From positions 32,001 to 96,000 of IMG/VR virus record IMGVR_UViG_3300045988_137032: a DNA stretch of 64,000 nucleotides. One strand, given 5' to 3'. This stretch comes from a virus. The notes beneath the pieces are model-generated. The model saw only the letters and a list, made by a program, of their open reading frames with translations. It was not told the DNA's origin and ran no database searches. Shown one piece after another: positions 1-9,247 of this stretch. The translations under genes were made by a program, and so were the position numbers. Numbering within the stretch: position 1 is the stretch's first letter; every line of letters begins with the position of its first letter.

Positions 1-432
1 TTCATGCTCATAAATAGAGCAGGGATCTTCCTCCATAAGAAGATCGTTGTTGACATCCACCATAGCTTCTTCGAGCTCACCAATCCACTTGAAGATCGAA
101 TTGATAAGGATGCGCTTGCAATGGCGAAGGTCTGCATGGTATTCATCCAGAACCATCTTCTTTGCAGTATTAAGCGCTTGCTGGTGAGTGACGGTAATCC
201 CATCATACGCCTCGGTGAAGCTGTAGTTGTAGGGCATCATCATCTTCTCAAAGATGGTACCCTTGATGTCGTAGGGATCATGGCCAGGTGCATGGATGCC
301 AAAGTTCTTGCATCCAGGAATCTGGTTATTCAGCTTCCGGAGAAGCTTCGGAGTATAGAAACGGATTGCGTCCCACTCGGTACCGGTCAGATGTACAGTG
401 ACACATTTGCTGGTAGTATAGATCTTAAGCAT
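1..432 (-). CDS. hypothetical protein, N-terminal part (CDS continues past the left edge)
   Basis: ATG at 432-430 with GGAGG (rc of 441-445) 8 nt upstream. 144 sense codons run to position 1 with no stop. It is missing from the ORF track only because it is open-ended. The + ORF 4-639 is its shadow. Confidence 0.6.
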   Translation of the reverse strand, partial: MLKIYTTSKCVTVHLTGTEWDAIRFYTPKLLRKLNNQIPGCKNFGIHAPGHDPYDIKGTIFEKMMMPYNYSFTEAYDGITVTHQQALNTAKKMVLDEYHADLRHCKRILINSIFKWIGELEEAMVDVNNDLLMEEDPCSIYEHE

Positions 433-445
433 AATATTTTCCTCC

Positions 446-1195
446 TTATTTCTTGTCTTTGTTTGCGGTATTATCTTCAAGCGGTTCTCCGCTCTCAGGA
501 TCTTCAACGGTTTCGATATAAACCTTATCGGTATAACTGCTGTATACGATATCATGCTTCAGGGGGAATTGAGTATCGACACCGGTGTCATATACACGGA
601 CTTCATAACCTGCGCCAAGCAGTTCCATCCATGTATTGAAATTCTTGATACTCATTTTTGTGGGACCCATTAAAGCAGCTTTGATATTCGGAAGAGTATA
701 CTTTTCCGTAGTCTGTGCTTTCAGGGTATTGATATTGCGACCTTTTGCCGCAATGAGCTTCTTAACGAGTTTCTTAAGTCCATCGTCGTCTTCGTTGATA
801 ACAGGAGCGAATGTAGCCGTAGACGAATTCAATGCATACAGATCCTTTTCAGAGTAAAGGACCTCACCATCGGTGGTCTCCTTGATAATCTGAACCGGTT
901 CGATGTATCTCGTCTTACTGAGATGAAATGCATTCATCACATCATCGCTCGTGGAGTAGTTACGAACTACTTTACCATCTTCGATCGTCAGGAACGGGAT
1001 CCCATGATATCTCGGGTTCCCGGATTTCGTATAGATGAAGATGTAGCCAGTTTTCTCTTCTACGTATCCTTTACCGTCTACATAGTATCCACTGGCAATC
1101 TTTTCGGGGTCATACGTAATATAGCCCCAAACGCTATAGACATCTTTCCGATTAGGAAGATATCTCGGAAAATTCGTTTCCTTTTCGTCCGCCAT
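446..1195 (-). CDS. hypothetical protein (249 aa)
   Basis: ORF with GGAGG SD upstream of ATG 1195. Tightly packed in a co-oriented minus-strand unit. Confidence 0.7.
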   Translation of the reverse strand: MADEKETNFPRYLPNRKDVYSVWGYITYDPEKIASGYYVDGKGYVEEKTGYIFIYTKSGNPRYHGIPFLTIEDGKVVRNYSTSDDVMNAFHLSKTRYIEPVQIIKETTDGEVLYSEKDLYALNSSTATFAPVINEDDDGLKKLVKKLIAAKGRNINTLKAQTTEKYTLPNIKAALMGPTKMSIKNFNTWMELLGAGYEVRVYDTGVDTQFPLKHDIVYSSYTDKVYIETVEDPESGEPLEDNTANKDKK

Positions 1196-1217
1196 AGTCT
1201 TTGTCCTCCATGTGTTC

Positions 1218-1436
1218 TTATAATTGGTTGATGTAAGCTTTGAATCGTTTCATATCCAAAACTTCATCTGCATCACCTGCTCTTAATTTCTTGATCGCCT
1301 TCTTGACTCTCTTGCAATCTTTCTTGTACTGTGCTCTCGTAAGATGTTTCAGAATGAAATATCTCTTCATCATCTTAAGATACGATTCCAAGCTATCTGC
1401 AATTTCGTCATAGTATTTTTGATAGTCTCTTGTCAT
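1218..1436 (-). CDS. hypothetical small basic protein (72 aa)
   Basis: SD GGAGG (rc of 1444-1448) 7 nt before the ATG. Class-E promoter-like motif about 66 nt upstream. Confidence 0.6.
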   Translation of the reverse strand: MTRDYQKYYDEIADSLESYLKMMKRYFILKHLTRAQYKKDCKRVKKAIKKLRAGDADEVLDMKRFKAYINQL

Positions 1437-1501
1437 AATATCACCTCCTAAAAGTTTAAGCAGGCTGAATTAAATTTAATGTCACTTGCTTATTACAAAT
1501 A

Positions 1502-1511
1502 TATAATATAT
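1502..1511 (-). promoter_or_regulatory. promoter-like motif class E (ATATATTATA core)
   Basis: Exact 10-mer ATATATTATA on the minus strand, intergenic, pointing at gene 1218-1436. Confidence 0.45.
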
Positions 1512-1577
1512 AAACAAAAATTCCTTGGACATATTTGATTACCTATACATTGTGCTCTCCTTACTTTTATACATATG

Positions 1578-1631
1578 GAACGAACCGATATCTGAGTAAT
1601 TAAAACCCAGATATCGGTTCGTCTCATTTTT
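1578..1631. terminator. hairpin terminator downstream of gene 1657-2310
   Basis: A 14-15 bp stem ACGAACCGATATCT (1580-1593) / AGATATCGGTTCGT (1609-1622). T-run on the + side. Lies between two minus-strand units. Confidence 0.5.
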
Positions 1632-1656
1632 CATATGAAAAACTTTGGTGGAAAGA

Positions 1657-2310
1657 TCACTTCTTCTTCTTGAAGAACTTGTTAGCGAGCTTGGACAGAA
1701 GACCAGACTTGGACATGCGAGCACGCTTCAGGTACTCCTTCAGCTTCATGTTAGCCTGGTTGTTGTACTTAACGCGCAGCTTAGCCTTCAGGATACGCTC
1801 CATCTTATAAGCAAGATTCAGCTTCTTCCACAGAGGATCGCGGTGCTCCATAGCGCAAGCACGGACAGCAACTTCCTTCAGCTGAGCCTTACGCGCGTTA
1901 TTATCGAACTTGACGATCGTACGCTCAGTCATGAAGCCCTCGTTCACCAGAGTATCAAACTCCTCAGAGTTCACAAACTCCTCGAACTCCTCATCAGTCA
2001 TGCTTTCCTTCAGCAGCATGGGAGTCAGGACAGCAGTCATGACATCATCCACATGCTGACTCTGCTCAGGAGACAGCGGAGGAGGATCCTGCAGTTCAGT
2101 ATCAGAAGAAGTCATTGCCTTGACGGTAGCGTCACCGGCAACAGGAGAAGTCACAGGAGGCTCAATTGGAGCGGCAGCAGGATCAGTGCAGAACGGATCT
2201 GCGGGATCACAAATGCTACCATCAGCACCGAAGCCTTCCAGAGTATATGCATCTGCGGAATCCAGAGAGGACTGCAGAGGCTTAGACATCAGTTCAGAAA
2301 ACTTTGACAT
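1657..2310 (-). CDS. hypothetical protein with acidic/Pro-rich N-terminal half and Lys-rich C-terminus; C-ending codon bias
   Basis: The ORF extends to 2322, but ATG 2310 has AAAGGA 11 nt upstream. Class-L motif lies upstream. The + ORFs 1645-2307 and 2120-2314 are shadows. Confidence 0.7.
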   Translation of the reverse strand: MSKFSELMSKPLQSSLDSADAYTLEGFGADGSICDPADPFCTDPAAAPIEPPVTSPVAGDATVKAMTSSDTELQDPPPLSPEQSQHVDDVMTAVLTPMLLKESMTDEEFEEFVNSEEFDTLVNEGFMTERTIVKFDNNARKAQLKEVAVRACAMEHRDPLWKKLNLAYKMERILKAKLRVKYNNQANMKLKEYLKRARMSKSGLLSKLANKFFKKKK

Positions 2311-2355
2311 GTGATTACTCATCCTTTCTTTAATAGTGTAAAGACCATAGAGTCA

Positions 2356-2375
2356 TTACACTAATGTTTTCATAG
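2356..2375 (-). promoter_or_regulatory. promoter-like motif class L (AAAACA-N6-TAA)
   Basis: The minus strand reads CTATGAAAACATTAGTGTAA. Intergenic, about 50 nt upstream of ATG 2310. Confidence 0.45.
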
Positions 2376-2443
2376 TAGTCTATTACCTGCACTACTGATT
2401 ATTCAGATTGTCGCTTACTTTACCTTAAAATTTTAAGTTCTTA

Positions 2444-4561
2444 ATGAAAGGACTGATCTTAATGATTCGATTAAATGAAGCTTCTCTTGAGAGAAGTGAT
2501 TTTATCAAGTTATGGAAAGATGAAATGACTCTCAATATGACCCGTATGAATCCGGAATGGGATCATGATGATATTGAGAAGGTTTTGGATAAAATGCTTC
2601 TGGAACAAATGATGATTCCGGAAGTAGAGCTAGATAATAACTATACAGGCGAGCATAAAGATGCTTCGTCATTGAGTGTTTTGGATTGGGTATTAAAGCG
2701 GAAACCAATTGTCGCTGGTAATGCCACATTTTATAAGAATCAATTGGAGGCTATTAACCCGATTGCAGACATGGTTAATGGCTTCCTTATTGAGCGTAAA
2801 GCTGTGAAAAAGAAGATGTTCCAAATTGAGGATGATCAATCCGATGAGTATAAAGATTTGGATCGTCTTCAGGGTAACGTGAAGCGTCTGGCAAACTCTT
2901 ACTATGGCGCTTCTGGTATGCCAAAGGCAGCATTCTATTCCAGATGGTCTGGCCCTGCAACAACAGGTACAGCACAGTCTGTTATTTCCACTACGGAAAC
3001 TTTGTTTGAAGGTTATCTCGTTGATAATTACAAGTTCGTTGATGATAATGAATGCTATCATTTTATCAATGAGATTCTTAAGCAAGACTATAAGATTCCG
3101 AAGTGGGTTAAACGGGTATCTGAAGGTGAGTTGGTTGAAAGACTCGTTGGAATGTTTTATGAAGATACCTATGTAACTAACTGGGGAGTTGCTGTAGCAG
3201 ATATGGTTCATAATCTTAGTGAAGATGATAGAACCAGAATCTATTACAAGAATAACTTCCTTGAATTTACGAGAGTACATGAAAAGGTTCTTGATCTGTA
3301 TGACGATCTTTTTGCAGCAGTTAAGAATCTTCCCTATGCAGAAACTTATGATGAAATTCCTGATGAATTCAAACCGATGTTCACGAAGGGTAAAGATCAT
3401 GATAAGGTAAAAGCATACAATGAATTCGTGAATACAGAATATTTCTTGAATCCGAATTCTCCTCCTGATTCTGTCCATGGAATTCTGGATGAATTGAAAG
3501 ATCTCTATATGAAATTCGTTTATATTCCGTTTATGTCCATTGACAGAATTCACAGACTGAAATACTTCATGCGGAAAACTGTTTGCATCGTTGATACAGA
3601 TTCTAATATTCTGAATATTGATGCTTGGGTAGATTTCTGTAATGAGTATATCCTTAAGAATTCTTCTTATGGTAGAAGTGCAGAGAATAATAAGTTCATT
3701 TGTGTTAATACTCTGACTTATTATATCACTGCTGCTGTCCAGCATACTCTGAATGAGTATGGACTTCATTCTTATATTCCGGATGATTATCGTCCTATTT
3801 TCAATATGAAGAATGAGTTCTACTTCCAGAAGCTGGTTGTTGGTAAGAAGAAAAAGCGTTATATCTCTGCAATTAAACTGCGTGAGGGTAACATGTTCCA
3901 TCCCTATAAACCTGACGTTAAAGGTTTCGATTATATGAAAGCTGGTACAGCAGAACTTGCTAAGGGCCGCTTTGATATGATCGTAAAGAAATATGTCCTT
4001 GAGTCTGAGGTTCCGGATGTATCGGCTATCTTGAGTGAACTTGCAGCGTTTGAGAATGATATTCGTGATTCTCTCCGTAGAGGTGAACTTACATATCTTT
4101 CTCTTGCATCTGCAAAAGATAAAGAAGCATATGCAAATCCGTATTCTCAGCAAGCATTCCGTGGAGCAATTGCATGGAACGCATTGTATCCTGCGGATGC
4201 AATTGAGTATCCGTCTAAGGTCAGTATTCTGAAGCTTACTACGTTTACAGAGAATGACTTGAAGGATTTGAATAAAACCTATCCTGAAGTATACGATTGT
4301 CTCATGAAGAATGTATTCCATTCTCCTGATAGAGAAATTGCAAAGAAGGGATTGCAAGTTCTTGCTATTCCTTCTGGTCATACCATTCCTGAATGGTGTC
4401 AGCCATTTATTGATGTCCAGACTGTTATCGGCAACATCATGGCTCCGTTTAAGGGAGTTCTTGATATCTTTGGTATCAATAATAGTACGGTTGGTAAGAC
4501 TTATAGTGCAGCTTCCGTAAATCGTAAAACTTCGAAGTTCTCTAATATAGTTAGATTCTAA
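2444..4561 (+). CDS. family-B DNA polymerase, polymerase-domain fragment (fingers/palm/thumb only)
   Basis: Motif B KRLANSYYGASG (KxxxNSxYG), motif C CIVDTDSNIL (DTDS) and KKKKRY (KKRY). No exonuclease motifs and no motif A (DxxSLYPS) in the 150 aa before motif B. Alternative start ATG 2462 has better SD spacing. Confidence 0.85.
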   Translation: MKGLILMIRLNEASLERSDFIKLWKDEMTLNMTRMNPEWDHDDIEKVLDKMLLEQMMIPEVELDNNYTGEHKDASSLSVLDWVLKRKPIVAGNATFYKNQLEAINPIADMVNGFLIERKAVKKKMFQIEDDQSDEYKDLDRLQGNVKRLANSYYGASGMPKAAFYSRWSGPATTGTAQSVISTTETLFEGYLVDNYKFVDDNECYHFINEILKQDYKIPKWVKRVSEGELVERLVGMFYEDTYVTNWGVAVADMVHNLSEDDRTRIYYKNNFLEFTRVHEKVLDLYDDLFAAVKNLPYAETYDEIPDEFKPMFTKGKDHDKVKAYNEFVNTEYFLNPNSPPDSVHGILDELKDLYMKFVYIPFMSIDRIHRLKYFMRKTVCIVDTDSNILNIDAWVDFCNEYILKNSSYGRSAENNKFICVNTLTYYITAAVQHTLNEYGLHSYIPDDYRPIFNMKNEFYFQKLVVGKKKKRYISAIKLREGNMFHPYKPDVKGFDYMKAGTAELAKGRFDMIVKKYVLESEVPDVSAILSELAAFENDIRDSLRRGELTYLSLASAKDKEAYANPYSQQAFRGAIAWNALYPADAIEYPSKVSILKLTTFTENDLKDLNKTYPEVYDCLMKNVFHSPDREIAKKGLQVLAIPSGHTIPEWCQPFIDVQTVIGNIMAPFKGVLDIFGINNSTVGKTYSAASVNRKTSKFSNIVRF

Positions 4562-4607
4562 TGATAACTATTAGCTATTTTATATAAAAAGAAAGGATTG
4601 GCACAAT

Positions 4608-5360
4608 ATGAGCGATTATGGTTACACCCCGAATGATATTTCTTATGAGGAGTTTCTTTCGGAAGCTCCTCTGGATTTAATCAAGGAAAGCATCAGAACC
4701 CAATTCTCAGATCCAATCGATTATAATAAAAAGGACTATATCGCATCCTTCATCAACATGTACAAGTACTCTGAGGAGAAAGCAAGTGCATTTGAAGATG
4801 AGGATACCGATAGCATCCATTATCTCCGTGATAATTTCTATGCATTCATGATGTCCATGTTTTCGAAGAAGCTTGGTGTTGGAATCAATGATTTCGATGA
4901 GATGAGCATGGATGATCAGGATGAAATGATTCATTACGTTTACAGATTCTTCCTGAGTAATTGCAAGAAGAATTTCACAAATATCGTAATGAATCACATC
5001 GAAGAAAATCATGATGTTTATGCATCTATTGCAGATGATGAAGAAGATGTCACTAAGAATTCCATGAAGCGATATGTGGATGACCCTGCTGATGTATATG
5101 TGCTGAGTCATCTTCGTGAAATCATTCAAGAAGCTTTGAATGGCGACATGGATGTTGACGAATTCCTTGATCAGTGTGATAGCACAGAAGATCCTTGTCT
5201 TGAAACTGCTTTCGTCAGAAATAAGTATGAAGACTTTACTCTGACTGGTAATTTCGTTCCTCTGTATTTTGATCTCACTGATTACAAAGACTTCTTAACA
5301 GAAGTTGAGTCTAAAGTACGACATAAAATCCTTAAGAAGTATAATAAAAAGAAGGATTGA
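4608..5360 (+). CDS. hypothetical acidic protein (250 aa)
   Basis: AAAGGA SD 10 nt before the ATG. Follows the polymerase gene after a 46-nt gap. Confidence 0.7.
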   Translation: MSDYGYTPNDISYEEFLSEAPLDLIKESIRTQFSDPIDYNKKDYIASFINMYKYSEEKASAFEDEDTDSIHYLRDNFYAFMMSMFSKKLGVGINDFDEMSMDDQDEMIHYVYRFFLSNCKKNFTNIVMNHIEENHDVYASIADDEEDVTKNSMKRYVDDPADVYVLSHLREIIQEALNGDMDVDEFLDQCDSTEDPCLETAFVRNKYEDFTLTGNFVPLYFDLTDYKDFLTEVESKVRHKILKKYNKKKD

Positions 5361-5441
5361 TTTTTTGTCATATTCGAGGTTACATGTACGTAATTTCGAG
5401 ACCACAACACTTGAAACACATTTCAAAAGGAGATTTTAATT

Positions 5442-6149
5442 ATGGCTTATAACAACAATAATCGTCGTAGTGTTTCCACTAACATCAAGACTCTTTACGG
5501 AGACACTGCATCTATGAGTCTGTCTTACTGGAATGATATGATTTCCATTAAGATGAATCCTTGCACTGGTACCAACGCAGATGGCGTTCGTCAGTACGAT
5601 CGTAACCGTAGTTTCTCCACTGCTCTGTCCATTCAGAAGTCCAAGGCTCTCGTTGACCTGATCGAGGAGAATATTCTGCCTCTGATTAAGAGTGTCTCTG
5701 AGGGAAATAAGCTTGAGCATCCTGTTAACGTGGCAGTTCAGTGTGGTGTTAAGAAGGCTATGGTCATTATTCAGTACAGCAATGATGATCGTGGCAAGCC
5801 GTTCGTTTGCCTGTACGGTTACACCTCCAGCAACGATGACGGTACTTGCGAGCAGCAGAATATGTACGCTTACAAGTTTGGTAAGACCAACGTCATCAAG
5901 AACTACAATCCGAACACTGGTGAGGGTGATGTAGTTCAGGTGGAGTCTGAGTTTGAGTTCTTCTACAACGTCCTGAAGAATCAGGCCAGTGCATTTGGTG
6001 CAGCCAGCCACTCTAACAGTTACTTCACTTCTTGGAGCAATGGTGGTGACAATGGTAACCACGGCAATGCGCCTTCTAACTACGGCAACAATTTCCCCAC
6101 CAGCAATGGCGGTAATTCCGACACGTCTGGCGACGATATGCCCTTCTAA
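5442..6149 (+). CDS. putative single-stranded DNA-binding protein
   Basis: A Gly/Asn/Ser-rich tail ends in the acidic tip SGDDMPF, which resembles the bacterial SSB C-terminal DDDIPF. Lies in the replication module. AAGGAG SD. C-ending codon bias. Confidence 0.5.
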   Translation: MAYNNNNRRSVSTNIKTLYGDTASMSLSYWNDMISIKMNPCTGTNADGVRQYDRNRSFSTALSIQKSKALVDLIEENILPLIKSVSEGNKLEHPVNVAVQCGVKKAMVIIQYSNDDRGKPFVCLYGYTSSNDDGTCEQQNMYAYKFGKTNVIKNYNPNTGEGDVVQVESEFEFFYNVLKNQASAFGAASHSNSYFTSWSNGGDNGNHGNAPSNYGNNFPTSNGGNSDTSGDDMPF

Positions 6150-6166
6150 ATAATTCTGATATCTTA

Positions 6167-6214
6167 AAGGCTATCACACACTTATATAGAGTGCTGTGAT
6201 AGCCTTTTATTTTA
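6167..6214 (+). terminator. rho-independent terminator
   Basis: Stem AAGGCTATCACA (6167-6178) / TGTGATAGCCTT (6195-6206), then TTATTTTA. Confidence 0.7.
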
Positions 6215-6233
6215 TAGGAAAGGAATGATACAC

Positions 6234-6989
6234 ATGGCGGAAGGAGCACAATCAGTATTTTTAAATTCTGATTATGTCGTAATCCAGTATATTGATATGA
6301 TTAAATCACCATATCTCGTACTACTTGATATTATCAGAACGAATCCGAATCTGAGAGAAGTCCTTAAGATTGAAGAGATTGAAACTTTCGATACTGCTGC
6401 TCTTTATGAGTGGTATGTAAATAGAAAGCATCAGAATTTCTTCATTGATTTAAACCGTGATCGTGAGAAGTATCCAGATGAATTCATGGATGGTTTACTT
6501 GCAGATCAAATGTGCCTGGCAAAAGAATTCTATACGAATACCAATATGCTCTGTACTGAATTCATGCTCAAATTCTTAAAGAGTAAGAATGATATGGTGA
6601 AAGATGTCATTATCTATTTCCCATTCAATACTCCTTATGCAAAAGAAGATTTGAGAGAGAATATCGGACATAGCTTTACTTTCATGAGTGACTTTGATGA
6701 GATTTGTAAGAAGTGTGGTAGTAACTGCACTTACTTCTTATCTGATATTGATCTCATTAATCGTATGGAGAAAAATAAAGTACTTGAATTTTCTTCTGTT
6801 ATTCTTCCGATTGAATATCGGTATAATAAGAAGAATATGAATGACTTCAAAATTGACTTCGATAAGAAGTTGAAAGATGTTGTATTTAAGCTCTCTTTCA
6901 TGAGAGCATGTACTGTTGAAGATCATGACAATGGATCTTTTGATAGAACGGATGTGAATCTGAATACCTATCAGAATCCAGTCATGTAA
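6234..6989 (+). CDS. hypothetical protein (251 aa)
   Basis: The ORF starts at 6225, but ATG 6234 sits 9 nt after GAAAGGA. Confidence 0.65.
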   Translation: MAEGAQSVFLNSDYVVIQYIDMIKSPYLVLLDIIRTNPNLREVLKIEEIETFDTAALYEWYVNRKHQNFFIDLNRDREKYPDEFMDGLLADQMCLAKEFYTNTNMLCTEFMLKFLKSKNDMVKDVIIYFPFNTPYAKEDLRENIGHSFTFMSDFDEICKKCGSNCTYFLSDIDLINRMEKNKVLEFSSVILPIEYRYNKKNMNDFKIDFDKKLKDVVFKLSFMRACTVEDHDNGSFDRTDVNLNTYQNPVM

Positions 6990-7026
6990 CACAACCATAA
7001 TCAAAAACCATAGGAGGTATTACCAA

Positions 7027-9114
7027 ATGAATCGAGAAGATATGGATTTTGGCAGAGGTGATCTGAAGTTTGCACCTCTGATCAATGTGTACTCCAAGGA
7101 AGAATTCGATAAGCGAGTCAAGAAGGTATTCGACGTAATCTGGGATAAGCTTGTTATGTCGTTCGGCCCTGCTGGTGCTGGTACTTTCATTGTCATTCCT
7201 TCCTCTACTCAGTCTACCTTCTTTAACACGAAGGATGGCTATACCATCATGAAGAATCTTCAGTTCAATACGAAGATTGATCATACCATCAAGAATATGA
7301 TGTCGACTATCTGTGATCGACTGAACTTCACTGTTGGTGATGGTACTACTACCGCAGTTGTCGCAACTGGCGGTGTTTACAACTCCTATATGGAAATGAA
7401 GAAGAATCCTGATAGTGAACTGAATCGGGTTCTTCCTCGTAAGATCATGTCTATGATGGATACCGTTAAGAATGATATTATCAATGAGCTGAATAGCCAT
7501 GCAGTTTCTATTCAGTCTGATAACCAAACTACCCTTGCAGAGAATATCCGCAAGGTCGTATACGTATCTTCTAACGGTAATGAAGAAATCACGGATATGA
7601 TTTCTAAGCTTTACTATAAGCTTCAGTATCCGGCAATCTCCGTGGCTAACTCTAAGGATGGTTCTACCCATGCTTATACCGTGGATGGCTACAAGATTGA
7701 TGTTTCCCTTACTGATCAGTCTTATATCAACAGCGATGACAATACCATGATTTCTGGTGGTATGGACTACATCATCTTCGATAATAAGGTCGACCAGCAG
7801 ATTTACGATAAGATTCTGAAGCCTCTGTGTGATGCATCTAAGCAGCGTGGTCGTAAACTTGCATGTATTGCACCTTGGTACGATGATGTTGCTCTCGGTG
7901 GTCCGATTCGTCGTGATCTTCTGAATGAGCTGAAGCAAACCGGATCTATTTCTCTGGTTCTGCTTGTCTGCAATAAGACAAATGCATATGCCCGTACTCT
8001 GTTGAGTGACTTTGCTATGCTGCTGAATACTCCCATCATTACTCGTGTAGTGAAGGATCAGATTCTGGAAGAGCTGGATAAGAATCCCGATATCTATTCT
8101 CAGTTTGATATGGATAATCGTAATATTGAGGGTATCAATATTGCAGTGAAGAATCCTATTGCTGGTTTGGACAGTAATCAGCTGGAACTCCGTCTCACTC
8201 AGTATAATAAGGAGACTACTCCTGCTCAGCTGATCTTCAATCGTGACAAGAAGAATCTTATTCGTGTTGGTTATTGCGATAAGGCAGTTATCGGCATGAA
8301 AGAATCTACTTTCTCTGGATTTTTCTATGATCCGGACATGTATGAGAAGACTCTGTCAGTTGCAAAGGCTGAGCTTGCTGATGAGAAGGCAAAGCTTCAG
8401 ATGATTGGTTCTTTCAGCCTTGGTGTTGTTGAGAAGCAGCAGCGTATCAATGCACTTGGTCTGAAGACTGGTGTCATTGAAGTTGGTGCAGCTTCTCAGA
8501 TGTCTCAGGGTTATTTGAAGGACTCTGTGGATGATGCTGTTAAGGCAGCGGCTTCTGCATTCAATAATGGTGTAGTTCTTGGATGTAATTGCAGTCTGAT
8601 TGATTCCATTAAGAATCTTATTGATAAGCAGCCTGCTTCTAAGGACGGTATTGTATCCGATGAAAATAAGCTGTATTATGAGATTCTCAATATGCTGTAT
8701 AACGGTTACGTTACCGTGTATCAGACTATTCTCAATAGTATCTATCCTGAGGGTGCTGTTATCAACATGGATTTCTACACTAAGAATGCTGAGTTTGCGA
8801 AGAAGGAAGGCACTTCTCATATCATCGCATATATCGACGATAAGACTCATCGTACCATTTCTGTGAATCGTCGAGTTGCTGATCGTATCTTCAAAAAGAT
8901 GAGTAAGCAGGCTTTGGATGATACTCCGGATACGGTTCCTCTGATCTGGTTTGTGCTTGAGTATTCTCGTGTTACCAATACGGTGCTTGATGTAACTACC
9001 GGTGAATTCACTTCGGATGTTATCAACTCTACTGAAACTGATCGTGAAGTTCTCAATGCAACTGTCGATCTTCTTAGCCTTCTGATTACTGGTAATCAGC
9101 TGGTTCTCTGCTAA
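7027..9114 (+). CDS. GroEL/Cpn60-like chaperonin
   Basis: FGPAGAG..TKDGYTIMKNLQF..VGDGTTTAVVATGG (the GDGTTT ATP-binding signature). C-terminal GVIEVGAASQ..VDDAVKAAASAFNNGVVLG parallels GroEL VGAATEVE..EDALHATRAAVEEGVV. AGGAGG SD. Confidence 0.85.
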   Translation: MNREDMDFGRGDLKFAPLINVYSKEEFDKRVKKVFDVIWDKLVMSFGPAGAGTFIVIPSSTQSTFFNTKDGYTIMKNLQFNTKIDHTIKNMMSTICDRLNFTVGDGTTTAVVATGGVYNSYMEMKKNPDSELNRVLPRKIMSMMDTVKNDIINELNSHAVSIQSDNQTTLAENIRKVVYVSSNGNEEITDMISKLYYKLQYPAISVANSKDGSTHAYTVDGYKIDVSLTDQSYINSDDNTMISGGMDYIIFDNKVDQQIYDKILKPLCDASKQRGRKLACIAPWYDDVALGGPIRRDLLNELKQTGSISLVLLVCNKTNAYARTLLSDFAMLLNTPIITRVVKDQILEELDKNPDIYSQFDMDNRNIEGINIAVKNPIAGLDSNQLELRLTQYNKETTPAQLIFNRDKKNLIRVGYCDKAVIGMKESTFSGFFYDPDMYEKTLSVAKAELADEKAKLQMIGSFSLGVVEKQQRINALGLKTGVIEVGAASQMSQGYLKDSVDDAVKAAASAFNNGVVLGCNCSLIDSIKNLIDKQPASKDGIVSDENKLYYEILNMLYNGYVTVYQTILNSIYPEGAVINMDFYTKNAEFAKKEGTSHIIAYIDDKTHRTISVNRRVADRIFKKMSKQALDDTPDTVPLIWFVLEYSRVTNTVLDVTTGEFTSDVINSTETDREVLNATVDLLSLLITGNQLVLC

Positions 9115-9121
9115 TGCATTA

Positions 9122-9169
9122 AAAGAGCAGGTATTCATGAACAAAATGAATACCTGCTCTTTATTTTTA
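9122..9169 (+). terminator. rho-independent terminator
   Basis: A 17-bp stem, 9122-9138 / 9146-9162, followed by ATTTTTAT. Confidence 0.8.
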
Positions 9170-9247
9170 TAAAGGCAATTACAACCGAATAAGTTAATTA
9201 TTGTTATCTCGTCTATATTTTTATCCCTAGAAAGGTGATGAGACAAT

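Noticed and set aside
2693-4381. Long antisense ORFs in the track. Examples: 2693-4381(-), 6982-7938(-), 8356-9246(-), 10417-11454(-), 18106-19194(-), 25114-26253(-), 29850-30890(-), 35239-36462(-), 38619-39998(-), 40581-41420(-), 48330-49241(-), 61867-62901(-), 43982-44863(+), 1645-2307(+), 5436-6062(-).
   Set aside because: Each lies fully inside a well-supported CDS on the other strand that has an SD and, in many cases, recognisable motifs. The translations are Ile/Leu/Arg/Asn/Cys-rich low-complexity strings with no SD. This is the typical shadow-ORF pattern in AT-rich DNA.
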